From contig CAXULY010000044.1 in assembly GCA_964252075.1 (NCBI GenBank), positions 1 to 44,966 on the forward strand: DNA of 44,966 nt. The letters are read 5' to 3'. The notes under the pieces are model-generated. The model was not told the DNA's origin and searched no databases. It saw only the letters and a program-made list of their open reading frames with translations. Shown here piece after piece: positions 1 to 11,497 of the stretch. This DNA comes from an uncultured Deinococcaceae bacterium (lineage in GTDB: Bacteria > Deinococcota > Deinococci > Deinococcales > Deinococcaceae). The first letter of the stretch is position 1; each line of letters opens with the position of its first letter. The position numbers were made by a program, and so were the translations under genes.

Positions 1-909
1 TTTGGCGTTGGCCATGTCGGTGTGCTCCTTGATCGCCGAGGGCACCTCGGCGCTGGTGAGGGGGCTGGGGGTGATGTCCACCACATGCACGGGTGGTTCT
101 GCAGAGGGGGGGGCGGGCGTGTGGGCCTGTCGTCGGCTGCGGCTGTTCCCGACGAGCAGGTCGTCCTCGGCGGCGTCATCAAGGAGGAGGTCCTCGATGC
201 TGAAACCCTCCTGGTTGTGCGTCTCGTCCTGGCGCCTCATGGCCTCCATGAGCAGGTTGGCGAGCGGCTGTTCGATGGTGTGGTGCAGGTTGCGGTAGGA
301 GCGCTCCAGGGTCATGGCGACGTTCGGCCACGCCAGGATCTGGTAGGCGGCGTCTTCACCGGCGGACGGTCCGCCGTGCACGTAGGCGTCCACCAGTCGG
401 CCCTTGAAGAGGTGCAGTCGGCCCCAGCAGGGTCCGGCCTGCACGCGGATCGCGAGGCTCTTGGCTTCCCACTCCATCATCTGCAGCAGGCTCGGCAGGG
501 ACAGGCCGCGCATGGAGCCGTGACTGAGGCCCGCCACTTCATGACCGATGGCGGTGCAGAGGGTGGTGGCGTCCGGGAGGGCCAGCGGCATGTCGCCATG
601 CCGCTGGTACAGCGGTTGGAGGGACTCGCGTGGCGTGTGGCTGGCCAGCATGAAGAAGGTCAGGGGCCATTCGGCCTTGGCGTGTTCGAACAGGGCGTCC
701 ACGTCATCGAGGTGTTCATCGAGGTGCAGCACCACAAGGTCCGGCATGCCGTGCGTCGGCTGGCGTGGGACGTCAGCGGGCGTGGCGACGCTCAGCAGGT
801 GCCATTGCCGTGCGCCGGGCACGCGCAGACGCACTTCCTGGCTGATGTCGGTGGTGTGGCCACCGACGAGCAACACGAAAGGCCTGTGGTCTGGTTCGCC
901 TGCTGTCAC
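1..909 (-). CDS. Pseudo-receiver + DUF4388 (PatA-N-like) domain protein, 3' end outside window
   Basis: Not in the ORF track because it runs off the edge. Manual translation from GTG 909 is open to position 1: MTAGEPDHRPFVLLVGG...MPDLVVLHLDE...GSMRGLSLPSLLQMMEWEAKSLAIRV...GRLHLFKGRLVDAY...GEDAAYQILAW...IEQPLANLLMEAMRRQDE, a DUF4388-type signature. In-frame stop upstream at 934-936. Confidence 0.8.
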   Translation of the reverse strand, partial: MTAGEPDHRPFVLLVGGHTTDISQEVRLRVPGARQWHLLSVATPADVPRQPTHGMPDLVVLHLDEHLDDVDALFEHAKAEWPLTFFMLASHTPRESLQPLYQRHGDMPLALPDATTLCTAIGHEVAGLSHGSMRGLSLPSLLQMMEWEAKSLAIRVQAGPCWGRLHLFKGRLVDAYVHGGPSAGEDAAYQILAWPNVAMTLERSYRNLHHTIEQPLANLLMEAMRRQDETHNQEGFSIEDLLLDDAAEDDLLVGNSRSRRQAHTPAPPSAEPPVHVVDITPSPLTSAEVPSAIKEHTDMANAK

Positions 910-1141
910 CTCACCTGCACCCCGCCTCCCATGTCACGTCGTGTGATCGGCAGGCCAGCTCTGGCCTGCCTCATGAGTTTATTGAGATTCCCATAACACA
1001 TTTCTTACGTTCCATATCTTTTTCATTCAGCTGCGGGAAGCTTAACCCGGCTGTCAGAACCTGACACAGTGCAGCCTGACCTAACGTTCGTTTGTCTACG
1101 CATGGTGTATTATCGGTGCGATTTCGAGATCGGGAGGCACC

Positions 1142-2377
1142 ATGAATGCCGCAGGACTGAACTGGCAAGGGCTGATGGAACAGATGGAAAAAGCCCTGCC
1201 GTACACCCAGGCCAGCGAGCAGTCGCTGGCTTATTTCAAGTACCCCAAGCGCACCGTCAGCCTGTCGCTGCCCGTCCGCATGGACGATGGACGCGTCCAG
1301 GTCTTCAGGGCCTACCGCAGTGTGCACAGCATCTCGCGCGGCCCGGGTTACGGCGGCGTGCGCTTCAAGGCGGGCCTCACCGCGCACGAGTGCGAGGTGC
1401 TCGCCGCCATCATGACGCTCAAGTGCGCGATCGCGGACCTGCCGATGGGCGGCGCCAAGGGCGGCGTGAACGTGGCGCCCGAAACGCTCAGCCACGGTGA
1501 ACTGGAGCGCCTCACGCGCCGCTACACCAGTGAACTCGTGGAGTTCATCGGGCCCGGCGAGGACATCGCCGCGCCCGACATCGGCACGGACGAACAGGTG
1601 ATGGCCTGGATGCTCGACACCTACAGCGAGAACACCGGCACCACCAGCGCCGGCGTCGTGACCGGCAAGCCCCTCGCGCTCGGCGGCACCTACGCCAGCA
1701 AGGACGCCCGCGGTCGCGGCGCCGCCATCGCCATCGAGGCGGTCCTCACCTCGCGCGGCGAGACCCTGCAGAACCTCGCGGTGGCCGTGCTCGGGTACGG
1801 CGCCGTCGGCCAGAAGGCCGCGCAGATGCTCGCGGACGCGGGCGCCCGCGTGGTCGCCGTGAGTGACGCGGGCGGCGGCGCCTACGCCTCCGGCGGCCTC
1901 GACCTCAGCGCCGTGAACGCGCACCGCGAACTGCACGGCACCGTGCGCGGCGCGGGCCTCGCCGTGAGCGCCGAGGAACTCCTCGCGCTCGGCGCGGACA
2001 TCCTGGTGCTGTCCGGCGACCACGGCGCCGTGCACGCCGGGAACGCCGGCGACGTGCAGGCGCGCTACGTGGTGGAAGCCGCGAACCGCGCGGTGCTGCC
2101 CGAAGCGGAACGCTTCCTGAACGCCTTCATCATCCCGGACCTGATCGCCAGCATGGGCGGCGCCATCTCCAGTTACCTGGAGTGGGTGCAGGACGCCAAT
2201 TACAGCTTCTGGAGCGAAGGCGAGATCCTCGCGGCGCTCGACGCGCGCGTGCGCGCCAGCGTGGGCGAGGTCCTGCGCCGGGCCGAACGTGCCCACACCG
2301 ACCTGCGCACCGCCGCCTACGCGGTCGCGCTGGAACGCCTGCACGACGCGACCGTGCTGCGCGGGGTGTACCCGTGA
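1142..2377 (+). CDS. gdhA: Glu/Leu/Phe/Val dehydrogenase, divergent (probably regulatory) glutamate dehydrogenase subunit
   Basis: GGAKGG, APDIGT, VVTGKP and GYGAVG motifs, C-terminal RGVYP; GGGAGG RBS; lies directly upstream of a canonical GDH. Symbol follows the Thermus thermophilus gdhA/gdhB naming. Confidence 0.85.
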   Translation: MNAAGLNWQGLMEQMEKALPYTQASEQSLAYFKYPKRTVSLSLPVRMDDGRVQVFRAYRSVHSISRGPGYGGVRFKAGLTAHECEVLAAIMTLKCAIADLPMGGAKGGVNVAPETLSHGELERLTRRYTSELVEFIGPGEDIAAPDIGTDEQVMAWMLDTYSENTGTTSAGVVTGKPLALGGTYASKDARGRGAAIAIEAVLTSRGETLQNLAVAVLGYGAVGQKAAQMLADAGARVVAVSDAGGGAYASGGLDLSAVNAHRELHGTVRGAGLAVSAEELLALGADILVLSGDHGAVHAGNAGDVQARYVVEAANRAVLPEAERFLNAFIIPDLIASMGGAISSYLEWVQDANYSFWSEGEILAALDARVRASVGEVLRRAERAHTDLRTAAYAVALERLHDATVLRGVYP

Positions 2378-2423
2378 ACCGCCCGGAGAGCCCCGCCCCG
2401 CGCCCCACCCAAGGAGTCCCCGC

Positions 2424-3752
2424 ATGACCACCACCGACCCCCAGCAGACCGCCGCGCAGGCGGCGGAGAAGACCCGGCGGCACGCGCTGCCCAGCTACCT
2501 CGACCCCAACAACATCGGCCCCTTCGAGATCTACCTGGAGCAGGTGGAGCGCGTCACGCCCTACCTCGGGAAGCTCGCGTACTGGGTCGAGACCCTGAAG
2601 CGGCCCAAAAGGATCCTGGTGGTGGACGTGCCCATCCACCTCGACGACGGCTCCGTCGCCCACTTCGAGGGTTACCGGGTGCAGCACAACACCTCGCGCG
2701 GCCCCGCCAAGGGCGGCATCCGCTACCACCAGGACGTCACCCTGAGTGAAGTGATGGCGCTCAGCGCCTGGATGACCATCAAGAACGCCGTCGCGAACCT
2801 CCCGTACGGCGGCGGCAAGGGCGGCATCCGCGTGGACCCGCGCGGCCTCAGCATGGCGGAACTCGAGCGCCTCACGCGCCGCTACACCACCGAGATCGGC
2901 CTCATCATCGGGCCGGAAAAGGACATCCCCGCGCCGGACGTGAACACCAACCCGCAGATCATGGCGTGGATGATGGACACCTACTCCATGAACACCGGCA
3001 AGACCGCCACGGGCGTCGTGACGGGCAAACCCATCTCCCTGGGCGGCTCGCTCGGGCGTGGGGACGCCACCGGGCGCGGCGTGTTCGTGACGGGCGCGCA
3101 GGCCATGGCGAAGATCGGCATGGACGTGAAGGGCGCGCGCGTCGCCGTGCAGGGCTTCGGGAACGTGGGGAACGCCGCCGCACGCATCTTCCACGACGCG
3201 GGCGCCCGCGTCGTGGCGGTGCAGGACGTAACGGGCACCGTGTACGCCGAGCACGGCCTGGACCCCTACGCGCTCGTCGAGCACCTGCGCGCGACCGCCT
3301 CCCTGCAGGGCTTCCCCGGGGTGGAGTTCATCGAGAAGGACGCCTTCTGGGACGTGCCGTGCGACGTGCTGATCCCCGCCGCGCTGGAGAACCAGATTCA
3401 CCCGGGGAACGCCGCGCGCATCCAGGCAAAAGTCATCGTGGAGGGCGCCAACGGCCCCACCAGCCCCCAGGCGGACGACATCCTGCGCGAACGCGGCGTG
3501 CTGCTCGTGCCGGACGTCCTCGCGAACGCGGGCGGCGTGACGGTCAGTTACTTCGAGTGGGTGCAGGACTTCTCCAGTTACTTCTGGACCGAAGACGAGA
3601 TCAACAAGCGCCTCACGCGCATCATGGGTGAAGCCTTCGACGGGCTGTGGGACGTCGCGGAGCGCCACAAGGTCACCTTGCGCACCGCCGCGTACATCGT
3701 GGCGTGCACGCGCGTGCTGGAAGCGCGCGCCCTGCGCGGCCTGTACCCCTGA
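2424..3752 (+). CDS. gdhB: Glutamate dehydrogenase, catalytic subunit
   Basis: [28 protein letters not shown] and [13 protein letters not shown] motifs; AAGGAG RBS at 2411-2416 before ATG 2424. Confidence 0.95.
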   Translation: MTTTDPQQTAAQAAEKTRRHALPSYLDPNNIGPFEIYLEQVERVTPYLGKLAYWVETLKRPKRILVVDVPIHLDDGSVAHFEGYRVQHNTSRGPAKGGIRYHQDVTLSEVMALSAWMTIKNAVANLPYGGGKGGIRVDPRGLSMAELERLTRRYTTEIGLIIGPEKDIPAPDVNTNPQIMAWMMDTYSMNTGKTATGVVTGKPISLGGSLGRGDATGRGVFVTGAQAMAKIGMDVKGARVAVQGFGNVGNAAARIFHDAGARVVAVQDVTGTVYAEHGLDPYALVEHLRATASLQGFPGVEFIEKDAFWDVPCDVLIPAALENQIHPGNAARIQAKVIVEGANGPTSPQADDILRERGVLLVPDVLANAGGVTVSYFEWVQDFSSYFWTEDEINKRLTRIMGEAFDGLWDVAERHKVTLRTAAYIVACTRVLEARALRGLYP

Positions 3753-3767
3753 GCACAGGCGTGGGGG

Positions 3768-3795
3768 AGGGGCGCCCGTGTGGGCGCCCCTTTCT
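3768..3795 (+). terminator. Intrinsic terminator after gdhB
   Basis: AGGGGCGCCC-gtgt-GGGCGCCCCT followed by TTCTG. Confidence 0.7.
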
Positions 3796-3859
3796 GTCTG
3801 GCCAGCCTCCGCCATCCGGCGCATGACACGCCCGCGCTTCGCGCGCCTACACTCGCCGC

Positions 3860-4342
3860 ATGAGTGACCAGAACTTCGTGCGCGGCTGGCTGGACGTCCT
3901 CAGGGAAGCGGTGGAGGGCGGTGAGCCGGGGCGCCCCACCGGTTTCCTGGACGGCACGGCCGCCGACGGCAGCGGCAACCACGGCCTGCTCGCGACCCTC
4001 GCGGCCCTCAGCGCCGAGCAGGCGAGCGCCATCACGGCGCTCGGCACCAGCGTTGCGGGGCAGGCCGCGCACACCGCCTACCACATGGAGGTCACGGTGC
4101 GCTGGGCGCGCGACGGCGACCGTGGCCCCTTCGACTGGAAAGGTTCCTTCTCGCCCGCCACGGTGGACGCCGACGGGTGGCGGGCCCTGCAGGAGCGCCT
4201 GCGCGCCGCGTACGCGGACGTGCGCGCCCTCGCGCAGGGCACGGGCGACTGGACCGAGGACGCGGCGGGCGGCATGGCCGCCACGCTCGCGCACGTGAGT
4301 TACCACCTGGGCGCCATCCGGCAGCTCGTGAAACTCACCTGA
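3860..4342 (+). CDS. DinB/YfiT-family protein
   Basis: Helical 160-aa protein with His motifs QAAHTAYH and AHVSYHLGAIRQ; TACACT 6 nt before the ATG. Confidence 0.8.
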   Translation: MSDQNFVRGWLDVLREAVEGGEPGRPTGFLDGTAADGSGNHGLLATLAALSAEQASAITALGTSVAGQAAHTAYHMEVTVRWARDGDRGPFDWKGSFSPATVDADGWRALQERLRAAYADVRALAQGTGDWTEDAAGGMAATLAHVSYHLGAIRQLVKLT

Positions 4343-4374
4343 CGCGGGCGCCGCCGCGCCGTATCCTGACCCGC

Positions 4375-4863
4375 ATGTCCCGCGATCCCTTCCTCGACGG
4401 CCTGCTGCACCTCCTCACCGAAACCTTCGAGGGCGCGCAGCAGGAGTGGTCGTGGTACCTCGACCAGGACCGCAACACCGGCCTTTTCGCCACCCTGAAC
4501 ACCCTCACGGCGGCGCAGGCGTCGCGGCACACGCCGCTGGGGCCCAGCGTGGCGGGGCAGGCGGCGCACCTGCACTTTCACCTCGCGGCCACCCTGCGCG
4601 CCCTGCGGGGCGAGGCGGCGGCGCTGGACTTCGCGCGCAGCTGGGCGCAGCAGGAGGTGACGGACGAGGAGTGGGTGGAGCGCCGCGCGGGCCTGCACGA
4701 CACCTACGAGGGCCTCAAGGCGCTCGCCGCCGGGCGCGCCCACTGGGACCCGGACGAGGCGGCGGGCCTGCTCGCCGCGCTCACGCACGCCGCGTACCAC
4801 CTGAGCGCCATCCGGCAGGCGGCGAAGCTGCTGGATGGCCCACCCAGCTTGAGCGATTATTAA
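4375..4863 (+). CDS. DinB/YfiT-family protein (tandem paralog)
   Basis: GLFATL, SVAGQAAHLHFH and THAAYHLSAIRQ align with the preceding gene; TATCCT 7 nt before ATG 4375. Confidence 0.8.
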   Translation: MSRDPFLDGLLHLLTETFEGAQQEWSWYLDQDRNTGLFATLNTLTAAQASRHTPLGPSVAGQAAHLHFHLAATLRALRGEAAALDFARSWAQQEVTDEEWVERRAGLHDTYEGLKALAAGRAHWDPDEAAGLLAALTHAAYHLSAIRQAAKLLDGPPSLSDY

Positions 4864-4907
4864 GGATGCGTGGCCGTCCCGCCGGGCGCGCCGTAGCCTG
4901 GGGGGCA

Positions 4908-7217
4908 ATGCCCGCGGATTTGCCCCACACTTCCCTGGATGCGGCGCAACTGGCGGGCCTGCTGGCCAGCCTGCCCGACCCGTTCTTCGCGCTGGACGCC
5001 CAGGGGCGCTTCACGTACATCAATGCGGCGGCCGCCCGCTTCAGTGGGCGCGACACCACCGACGAGCTCATCGGTCGGCCCTGGTGGGAGGTGATGCCGG
5101 AAGCGCGCGGCTCGCGCTTCGAGGCGGAACTGCAGCGCGTCTCGCGGGAAGGCGTGACGGCCGGCTGGGAGGAGCACCAGCCGGCGCTCGACATGTGGAT
5201 CGAGGCGCAGGTCCTGCCGCTCGCGCAGGGCGGCGTGGCCGTGCACTTCCGGGACGTCACGGAGCGCGCGCGCAGCCACGGGCAGGAGCTGCGGCTCTTC
5301 GACACCCTGACGCTCGGCGTGGTGTTTCAGGACGCGGGCGGGCGCGTCACGCGCGCCAACCAGGCGGCGGAACGCATTCTGGGCGTCACGCTCGCGCAGC
5401 TGCAGGGCGGTGAGGCGCGCGGGCTGGCGCTCGCCGAAGACGGCAGCGCCCTCCCCGCAGACCGCCACCCGTCCCTGCGGGCACTGCACGAGAACCAGGT
5501 GCAGCACGCGCAACTGGCGGTGCGCCACGCGCAGAGCGGCGAGTGGCGCTGGCTGAACGTCACCGCCATCCCGCAGACGCGGCAGGGCGAGGCGCGACCG
5601 TACCAGGTGTACACGGTCTTCGATGACGTGACCGAAGCGCGCCGCACCCGCGAGGCGCTTCGCGACAGCGAGGCGCGCTACACGCGGCTGGTGGAAGCCA
5701 CCAGCCAGTACGTGTGGACGAACAACCCGCAGGGCGCCATGCAGGGCGAGCAGCCCGGCTGGCAGCAGCTCACCGGCATGACCCGCGCGCAGTACGAAGG
5801 CTACGGCTGGGCCGAGGCCCTGCACCCCGACGACCGCGCGCCCGCCCTCGCGGCGTGGCGGGAGGCCGTGGCGCGCAGCGAACCCTACGAGGTGGAGCAG
5901 CGCGTCCGCACCGCCAGCGGCGAGTACCGGCACTTCAGCGTGCGCGGCCTGCCGCTGCTGGACGAGCGGGGCGGCGTGCGGGAGTGGGTGGGCATCCACA
6001 GCGACATCACGCCCCTCAAGCGGGCCGAGGCGCAGCTGCGCGAGCTGAACAGCGAACTGGAACGTCGCGTGCGCGAGCGCACGGAGGCGCTGGAGCGGGT
6101 CTCGCACTTCAACAGCCTGCTGCTCGACGCGGCGGGCGAAGGCATCTTCGGCATGGACCTGCGCGGGCGCACCAGCTTCGCGAACCCCGCGGCGGCGCGC
6201 ATCCTGGGCTACGCGCCCGGGGAGCTCATCGGGCGGGACCAGCACGCGCTGATTCATTACAGCCACGCGGACGGCACGCCGTACGCCTCCGAGGACTGCC
6301 CGATCCGCGCGACCCTGCGGGACGGCACGGTGCGGCGCGTGTCGAACGAGGTCTTCTGGCACAAGGACGGCCACGCCGTGCTGGTGGAGTACACGGCGGC
6401 GGCGCTGCTCACGCCGGGCGGCGAGGTGCAGGGCACCGTGGTGATCTTCCAGGACATCAGCGAGCGCGCGGCGGCGCTGCGCGAGCTGGAACGCAGCAAC
6501 GCCGAACTGGAGCAGTTCGCGTACGTGGCGAGCCACGACCTTCAGGAGCCGCTGCGCACAGTCGGCAGTTACGCCGAGCTGCTGTCGCGCCGCTACGGCG
6601 ATCAGCTGGACGACCGCGCCACCCGCTACCTGGACTTTATGCAGGCGGGCGTGGGCCGCATGCGGCAACTCATCACGGACCTCCTGACGTACGCGCGGCT
6701 GGGCCGCGAGCAGCCGCAACCGCAGCTGGTGCCGCTCGACGCGGTGCTGGACCGCGTGCTGGCCTCACTCGCGGCGGTGCTGGAGGAGACGCACACCGAC
6801 CTGCGCCGCCCGGCGCCCCTGCCGACCGTGCGGGTGGACCCCAGCGGCCTGGAGCAGGTGCTCACCAACCTGATCGGAAACGCCATCAAGTTCCGCCGAC
6901 CGGACTCGGCGCCCATCGTGCGGGTGAGCGCGCAGCCCGAGGGGGACTTCTGGCGCATCGAGGTGGCGGACAACGGCATCGGCGTGCCGCCCGAGTACCG
7001 GGAGCGGGTCTTCGGGGTGTTCCAGCGCCTGCACCGCCGCGACGAGTACGAGGGCACCGGCATCGGGCTCGCGGTGGTGCGGCGCATCGTGGAGGCGCAC
7101 GGTGGGCGCATCCGCGTGGGTGAGGCGCCGGAAGGCGGCAGCCTGTTCTCGTTCACGCTGCCCGCGTCGCCCACAAGCGAGCCGGGGAACGCGGGGGCAG
7201 GGTATACTGCGTCTTGA
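4908..7217 (+). CDS. Cytoplasmic multi-PAS sensor histidine kinase (4 PAS + HisKA + HATPase)
   Basis: Four PAS-like repeats, H-box ELEQFAYVASHDLQEPLR, N-box NLIGNAIKF, DNGIG, GTGIGL; no TM segment; TAGCCT precedes ATG 4908. Confidence 0.9.
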   Translation: MPADLPHTSLDAAQLAGLLASLPDPFFALDAQGRFTYINAAAARFSGRDTTDELIGRPWWEVMPEARGSRFEAELQRVSREGVTAGWEEHQPALDMWIEAQVLPLAQGGVAVHFRDVTERARSHGQELRLFDTLTLGVVFQDAGGRVTRANQAAERILGVTLAQLQGGEARGLALAEDGSALPADRHPSLRALHENQVQHAQLAVRHAQSGEWRWLNVTAIPQTRQGEARPYQVYTVFDDVTEARRTREALRDSEARYTRLVEATSQYVWTNNPQGAMQGEQPGWQQLTGMTRAQYEGYGWAEALHPDDRAPALAAWREAVARSEPYEVEQRVRTASGEYRHFSVRGLPLLDERGGVREWVGIHSDITPLKRAEAQLRELNSELERRVRERTEALERVSHFNSLLLDAAGEGIFGMDLRGRTSFANPAAARILGYAPGELIGRDQHALIHYSHADGTPYASEDCPIRATLRDGTVRRVSNEVFWHKDGHAVLVEYTAAALLTPGGEVQGTVVIFQDISERAAALRELERSNAELEQFAYVASHDLQEPLRTVGSYAELLSRRYGDQLDDRATRYLDFMQAGVGRMRQLITDLLTYARLGREQPQPQLVPLDAVLDRVLASLAAVLEETHTDLRRPAPLPTVRVDPSGLEQVLTNLIGNAIKFRRPDSAPIVRVSAQPEGDFWRIEVADNGIGVPPEYRERVFGVFQRLHRRDEYEGTGIGLAVVRRIVEAHGGRIRVGEAPEGGSLFSFTLPASPTSEPGNAGAGYTAS

Positions 7218-7669
7218 CCGTGACCACACCCGCCATCCGACCCATTGAGATTCTGCTCGTCGAGGACAACGAGCCGGACGTGATCCTCACCCAGGAGGCC
7301 TTCGAGGAGGCCCGGGTGGCCAACAACCTGTACGTGGCGCGCGATGGCGTGGAAGCCATGGAGTTCTTGCGCCGCGAGGGGCCCTTCGCGGGCTCGCCGC
7401 GCCCGGACGTGGTGCTGCTGGACATCAACATGCCGCGCAAGAACGGCCTTGAGGTCCTGGAGGAACTCAAGGCCGACCCGGAACTGCGCTCCATCCCGGT
7501 GATCGTGCTGACCACCTCGCAGGCCGAGGAGGACATCCTGCGCAGCTACCAGTCGCACGCCAGCAGCTACGTCGTGAAGCCCGTGGGCTTCGAGAACTTC
7601 TTCCAGGCCATCCGCGCCTTCGAGGGGTACTGGCTGTCCTTCGTGCGCTACCCCACCAAGCGCGACTGA
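7214..7669 (+). CDS. Single-domain response regulator, Rcp1-like
   Basis: ILLVEDN, PDVVLLDINMP, LTTS and YVVKPV motifs; TTGA overlap with the kinase stop codon. Confidence 0.9.
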   Translation: MTVTTPAIRPIEILLVEDNEPDVILTQEAFEEARVANNLYVARDGVEAMEFLRREGPFAGSPRPDVVLLDINMPRKNGLEVLEELKADPELRSIPVIVLTTSQAEEDILRSYQSHASSYVVKPVGFENFFQAIRAFEGYWLSFVRYPTKRD

Positions 7670-7708
7670 GGGGCGGACCCCAAGGCGGGGGCGCGCCCCC
7701 GCCCGCGT

Positions 7709-8143
7709 TCACGTGCGGTACGGGCCCTTCCAGCGCCCCAGCCACAGCCAGCCCAGCCCGAACAGCAGCGCGGCCAGCGCCCACAGGCTGAGGAGCGTGG
7801 TGGGCGCGTGCACGCTCGCGCTGCCGATCAGGAAGGGCACGGCGGGCGCGGGCGCGCTCTGGATGGCCGCCTGCAGCGCGAGGCGGTAACTGGGTTCGCG
7901 GCGGTACGCGCGCTCCGCGAGGCTCAGGCTGAGCGCGGCGCACACCAGCGCCACCCCCAGCAGACCCAGCAGCGTGCCGCGGCCCCACTCCGGTCCCACC
8001 GACCCGAAGGCCCACAGGCCCGCCAGCAGCGCCACGCCGGGAATCATGAGGCCGCCCAGCGCCGCGAGGTACACCGCGTGCAGCGCCCTCAGGGCCGCCT
8101 GCGGCGCGGGCTGCGGTCCCGCCTCACGCAGGCGCCTGAGCAC
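7709..8143 (-). CDS. Hypothetical integral membrane protein (about 4 TM)
   Basis: Hydrophobic helices; start overlaps the ygfZ 3' end on the same strand. Confidence 0.65.
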   Translation of the reverse strand: MLRRLREAGPQPAPQAALRALHAVYLAALGGLMIPGVALLAGLWAFGSVGPEWGRGTLLGLLGVALVCAALSLSLAERAYRREPSYRLALQAAIQSAPAPAVPFLIGSASVHAPTTLLSLWALAALLFGLGWLWLGRWKGPYRT

Positions 8144-9002
8144 CCGGTTCCCCGCTGGCGGTCCGCGCGGCCTCCACGCGGGCCGTCACCCCGCCCACCT
8201 GCACCGTGTCACCGGGCGACAGCTCGCGTCGCAGTCGGGCCAGCACCCGGTCCCCCACGCTCTCGCCCGCCACGCCCACCACCTTGCCGTCCTGCGTGAC
8301 CTCCGCGTGCCCCGGCAGGCCCTCGCCCGCAAGGGCCATCAGGTGGTAGCGCGTCTGCCCGCGCGCCTCCAGGCGCGCCATGATCTCCTGCCCCACGTAG
8401 CAGCCCTTGCGGTAACTCATGGCGTCGTCCAACCCCACCTCCTGCGGCAGGTACCCCCGCCAGCGGTCCGCCGTGACGTCCGGCACGCCCGCCCGTACCC
8501 GCGCGCGCGTCAGCGCTTCTAGGGGCCGTTCCTCGCCCAGCGCGGACAGCACCTCTGCCTCGTGCCGCCGCAGGTAATGCAGGTCCACGCCCGGCGCGCC
8601 CGTGCGGTCCACCCGCGCGGCCAGCACGTCCCCGCCGCCCAGGCTGAAGGTCTGCACCTTCGGGCCGCCCGCGGCCCAGCCGGGCAGGTCCTCGCTCCAC
8701 ACGTGCGCCGTCTGCAGGGTGTCCGTGAGGTCCTGCACCTCCACCTGATCGAAGATGATGTAGCGCTTCAGGCGCGCGGCGAGCCCCGGCGCCTCACCGG
8801 CCGCGACGTGCAGGTACACGTCGTCCGCGCGCCGGTACACGCGCGCGAAGAACTCAATCTGGCCGCGCGCGTTCAGGAAGCAGGCGGGCACCATGCCGGG
8901 CGTCGGGGCGCCCTTCAGGTCGTTCGTCATCTGGCCCTGCGCGAAATCGAGGCGGTCGGCCCCGGTGAGGCGCAGGGCGCTGGAGGGCAGGCGCGTGAAC
9001 AT
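8124..9002 (-). CDS. ygfZ: YgfZ/GcvT-family folate-binding Fe-S maturation protein
   Basis: Signature KGCYVGQE and N-terminal [21 protein letters not shown] 6 nt before ATG 9002. Confidence 0.9.
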   Translation of the reverse strand: MFTRLPSSALRLTGADRLDFAQGQMTNDLKGAPTPGMVPACFLNARGQIEFFARVYRRADDVYLHVAAGEAPGLAARLKRYIIFDQVEVQDLTDTLQTAHVWSEDLPGWAAGGPKVQTFSLGGGDVLAARVDRTGAPGVDLHYLRRHEAEVLSALGEERPLEALTRARVRAGVPDVTADRWRGYLPQEVGLDDAMSYRKGCYVGQEIMARLEARGQTRYHLMALAGEGLPGHAEVTQDGKVVGVAGESVGDRVLARLRRELSPGDTVQVGGVTARVEAARTASGEPGAQAPA

Positions 9003-9044
9003 ACACTCAGGGTAACTGGCCCCGCGCCAGGGAAAGGGGACCGC

Positions 9045-9416
9045 GTGCCAAACAGACCGACGCTGACCGAACGGCTGGACGCCTACCGCCAGCCCTCCAG
9101 GGAACGGCTGGGGCTCTACGCCAGCCTGTACGCCATGCTGCTGCTCACCGCCGTGCTGGGGCGCGCCCGCCCCGGCGACCTGGGCCTGTGGGGCAGCCTG
9201 CGGCGCAGCAGCTTCACGCGCACCATGTTCGCAGACATCGGGGTGCTGAGCACCGTCGCGGCACTGGACCTCGCCGTGCGGGGCCGCACGCGCGCCCGCT
9301 TCGTGGGGGCCGTCGGGACGCTCTTCGTGGGGTCCTTCGCGCTCATCCCGGCGCTCGCCTGGGAGGACTGGCGGGCCCTGCAGCGCGCGGGCGCGCGGGA
9401 ACGCCCACAGGCCTGA
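9045..9416 (+). CDS. Small hypothetical membrane protein
   Basis: GTG start with AAAGGGGA RBS; about three hydrophobic segments; fills the gap between ygfZ and purA. Confidence 0.65.
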   Translation: MPNRPTLTERLDAYRQPSRERLGLYASLYAMLLLTAVLGRARPGDLGLWGSLRRSSFTRTMFADIGVLSTVAALDLAVRGRTRARFVGAVGTLFVGSFALIPALAWEDWRALQRAGARERPQA

Positions 9417-9480
9417 GCGCGCCGCCCGCCCCGCGCGGGCCTCGGTCTGCACAGGCCCGCCGCGCGGCGGCGCGGCTTCT

Positions 9481-9521
9481 TGATAGTCTGAGGCACGGTG
9501 CTGCGCGCCGTGCTTTTTTTT
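9481..9521 (+). promoter_or_regulatory. Extended -10 promoter immediately followed by a terminator hairpin in the purA leader
   Basis: TGaTAGTCT (9481-9489); stem GCACGGTG/CGCCGTGC (9493-9513); T8 tract (9514-9521). Confidence 0.6.
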
Positions 9522-9557
9522 GCACCCCCAGTCTGGGCGCGTGGCGACGGGAGACGA

Positions 9558-10772
<1,215 letters not shown>

Positions 10773-10878
10773 AGCCAGGACGTGCGGGTGGGGCGGCCTG
10801 AAGCCCACCTGACGGATTTCATGGGGGATTCATGTACGGTGGGTGGGGCCGGGCCCCGCCCGCCGAAAGGACACCCTG

Positions 10879-11475
10879 ATGAAGAGCCTGACCTGGGCCG
10901 CCAGCACCCTGCTGCTCGGCACGCTGGCCACCGCCGCACCGTACACCGCCGTGGACGTCACCCTGCGCAGCGAACTGGGCGCCGTGCGCGTCGCGGCGAG
11001 CGACACCGCCTCGCCCGTCCTGGGCGTCCGCACCCCCACCGTGCGCGCGGGCGTCGCGTTCGTGGGCGCCACGCACCGCCAGGGTGACTGGACCCTCGGC
11101 CTGAGCCCCAAGCTGCCGCTCACCCTGCACTTCACGAACGCGCAGGGCGACGTGCAGCTGGACTTGCGGCGCCTGAACCTGCGCGGCCTCACCGTCCGCC
11201 AGCAGCTCGGGCGGCTGGACCTCACGCTGCCCGCCCTCAACCTCAAGGCGCGGCTCACGCAGGCGCAGGGCGACGTGCAGGTGCGCCTGCCGCCCGGCGT
11301 GGGCGTGCGCCTCATCGTGGAGCGCTTCGCGCAGGGCGCCGTCCGCATCGGCGGTGAGGAAGTCGCGAGCGGCCTGGACTTCAACGGCACCTACGAGAGC
11401 GCCAACTACCGCACCGCCCGGTTCAGGACGGACCTCACCGTCGACATGCAGCTCGGCACCCTCACCGTGCAGTGA
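10879..11475 (+). CDS. Secreted beta-repeat protein (LiaF/DUF2154/DUF4097-like)
   Basis: Signal peptide MKSLTWAASTLLLGTLATA; repeated xxGDVxLxL beta motifs; AAAGGA RBS. Confidence 0.6.
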   Translation: MKSLTWAASTLLLGTLATAAPYTAVDVTLRSELGAVRVAASDTASPVLGVRTPTVRAGVAFVGATHRQGDWTLGLSPKLPLTLHFTNAQGDVQLDLRRLNLRGLTVRQQLGRLDLTLPALNLKARLTQAQGDVQVRLPPGVGVRLIVERFAQGAVRIGGEEVASGLDFNGTYESANYRTARFRTDLTVDMQLGTLTVQ

Positions 11476-11497
11476 CGCGCCGGGCGCGCGCGGCCCC

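Noticed and set aside
22..996. Plus-strand ORFs of 324, 98 and 132 aa in the ORF track
   Set aside because: Antisense shadows of the minus-strand DUF4388 gene; no motifs.
1052..1066. TGTCAG-N3-CTGACA inverted repeat in the gdhA divergent region
   Set aside because: Could be an operator, but it is short and single, and no regulator can be assigned.
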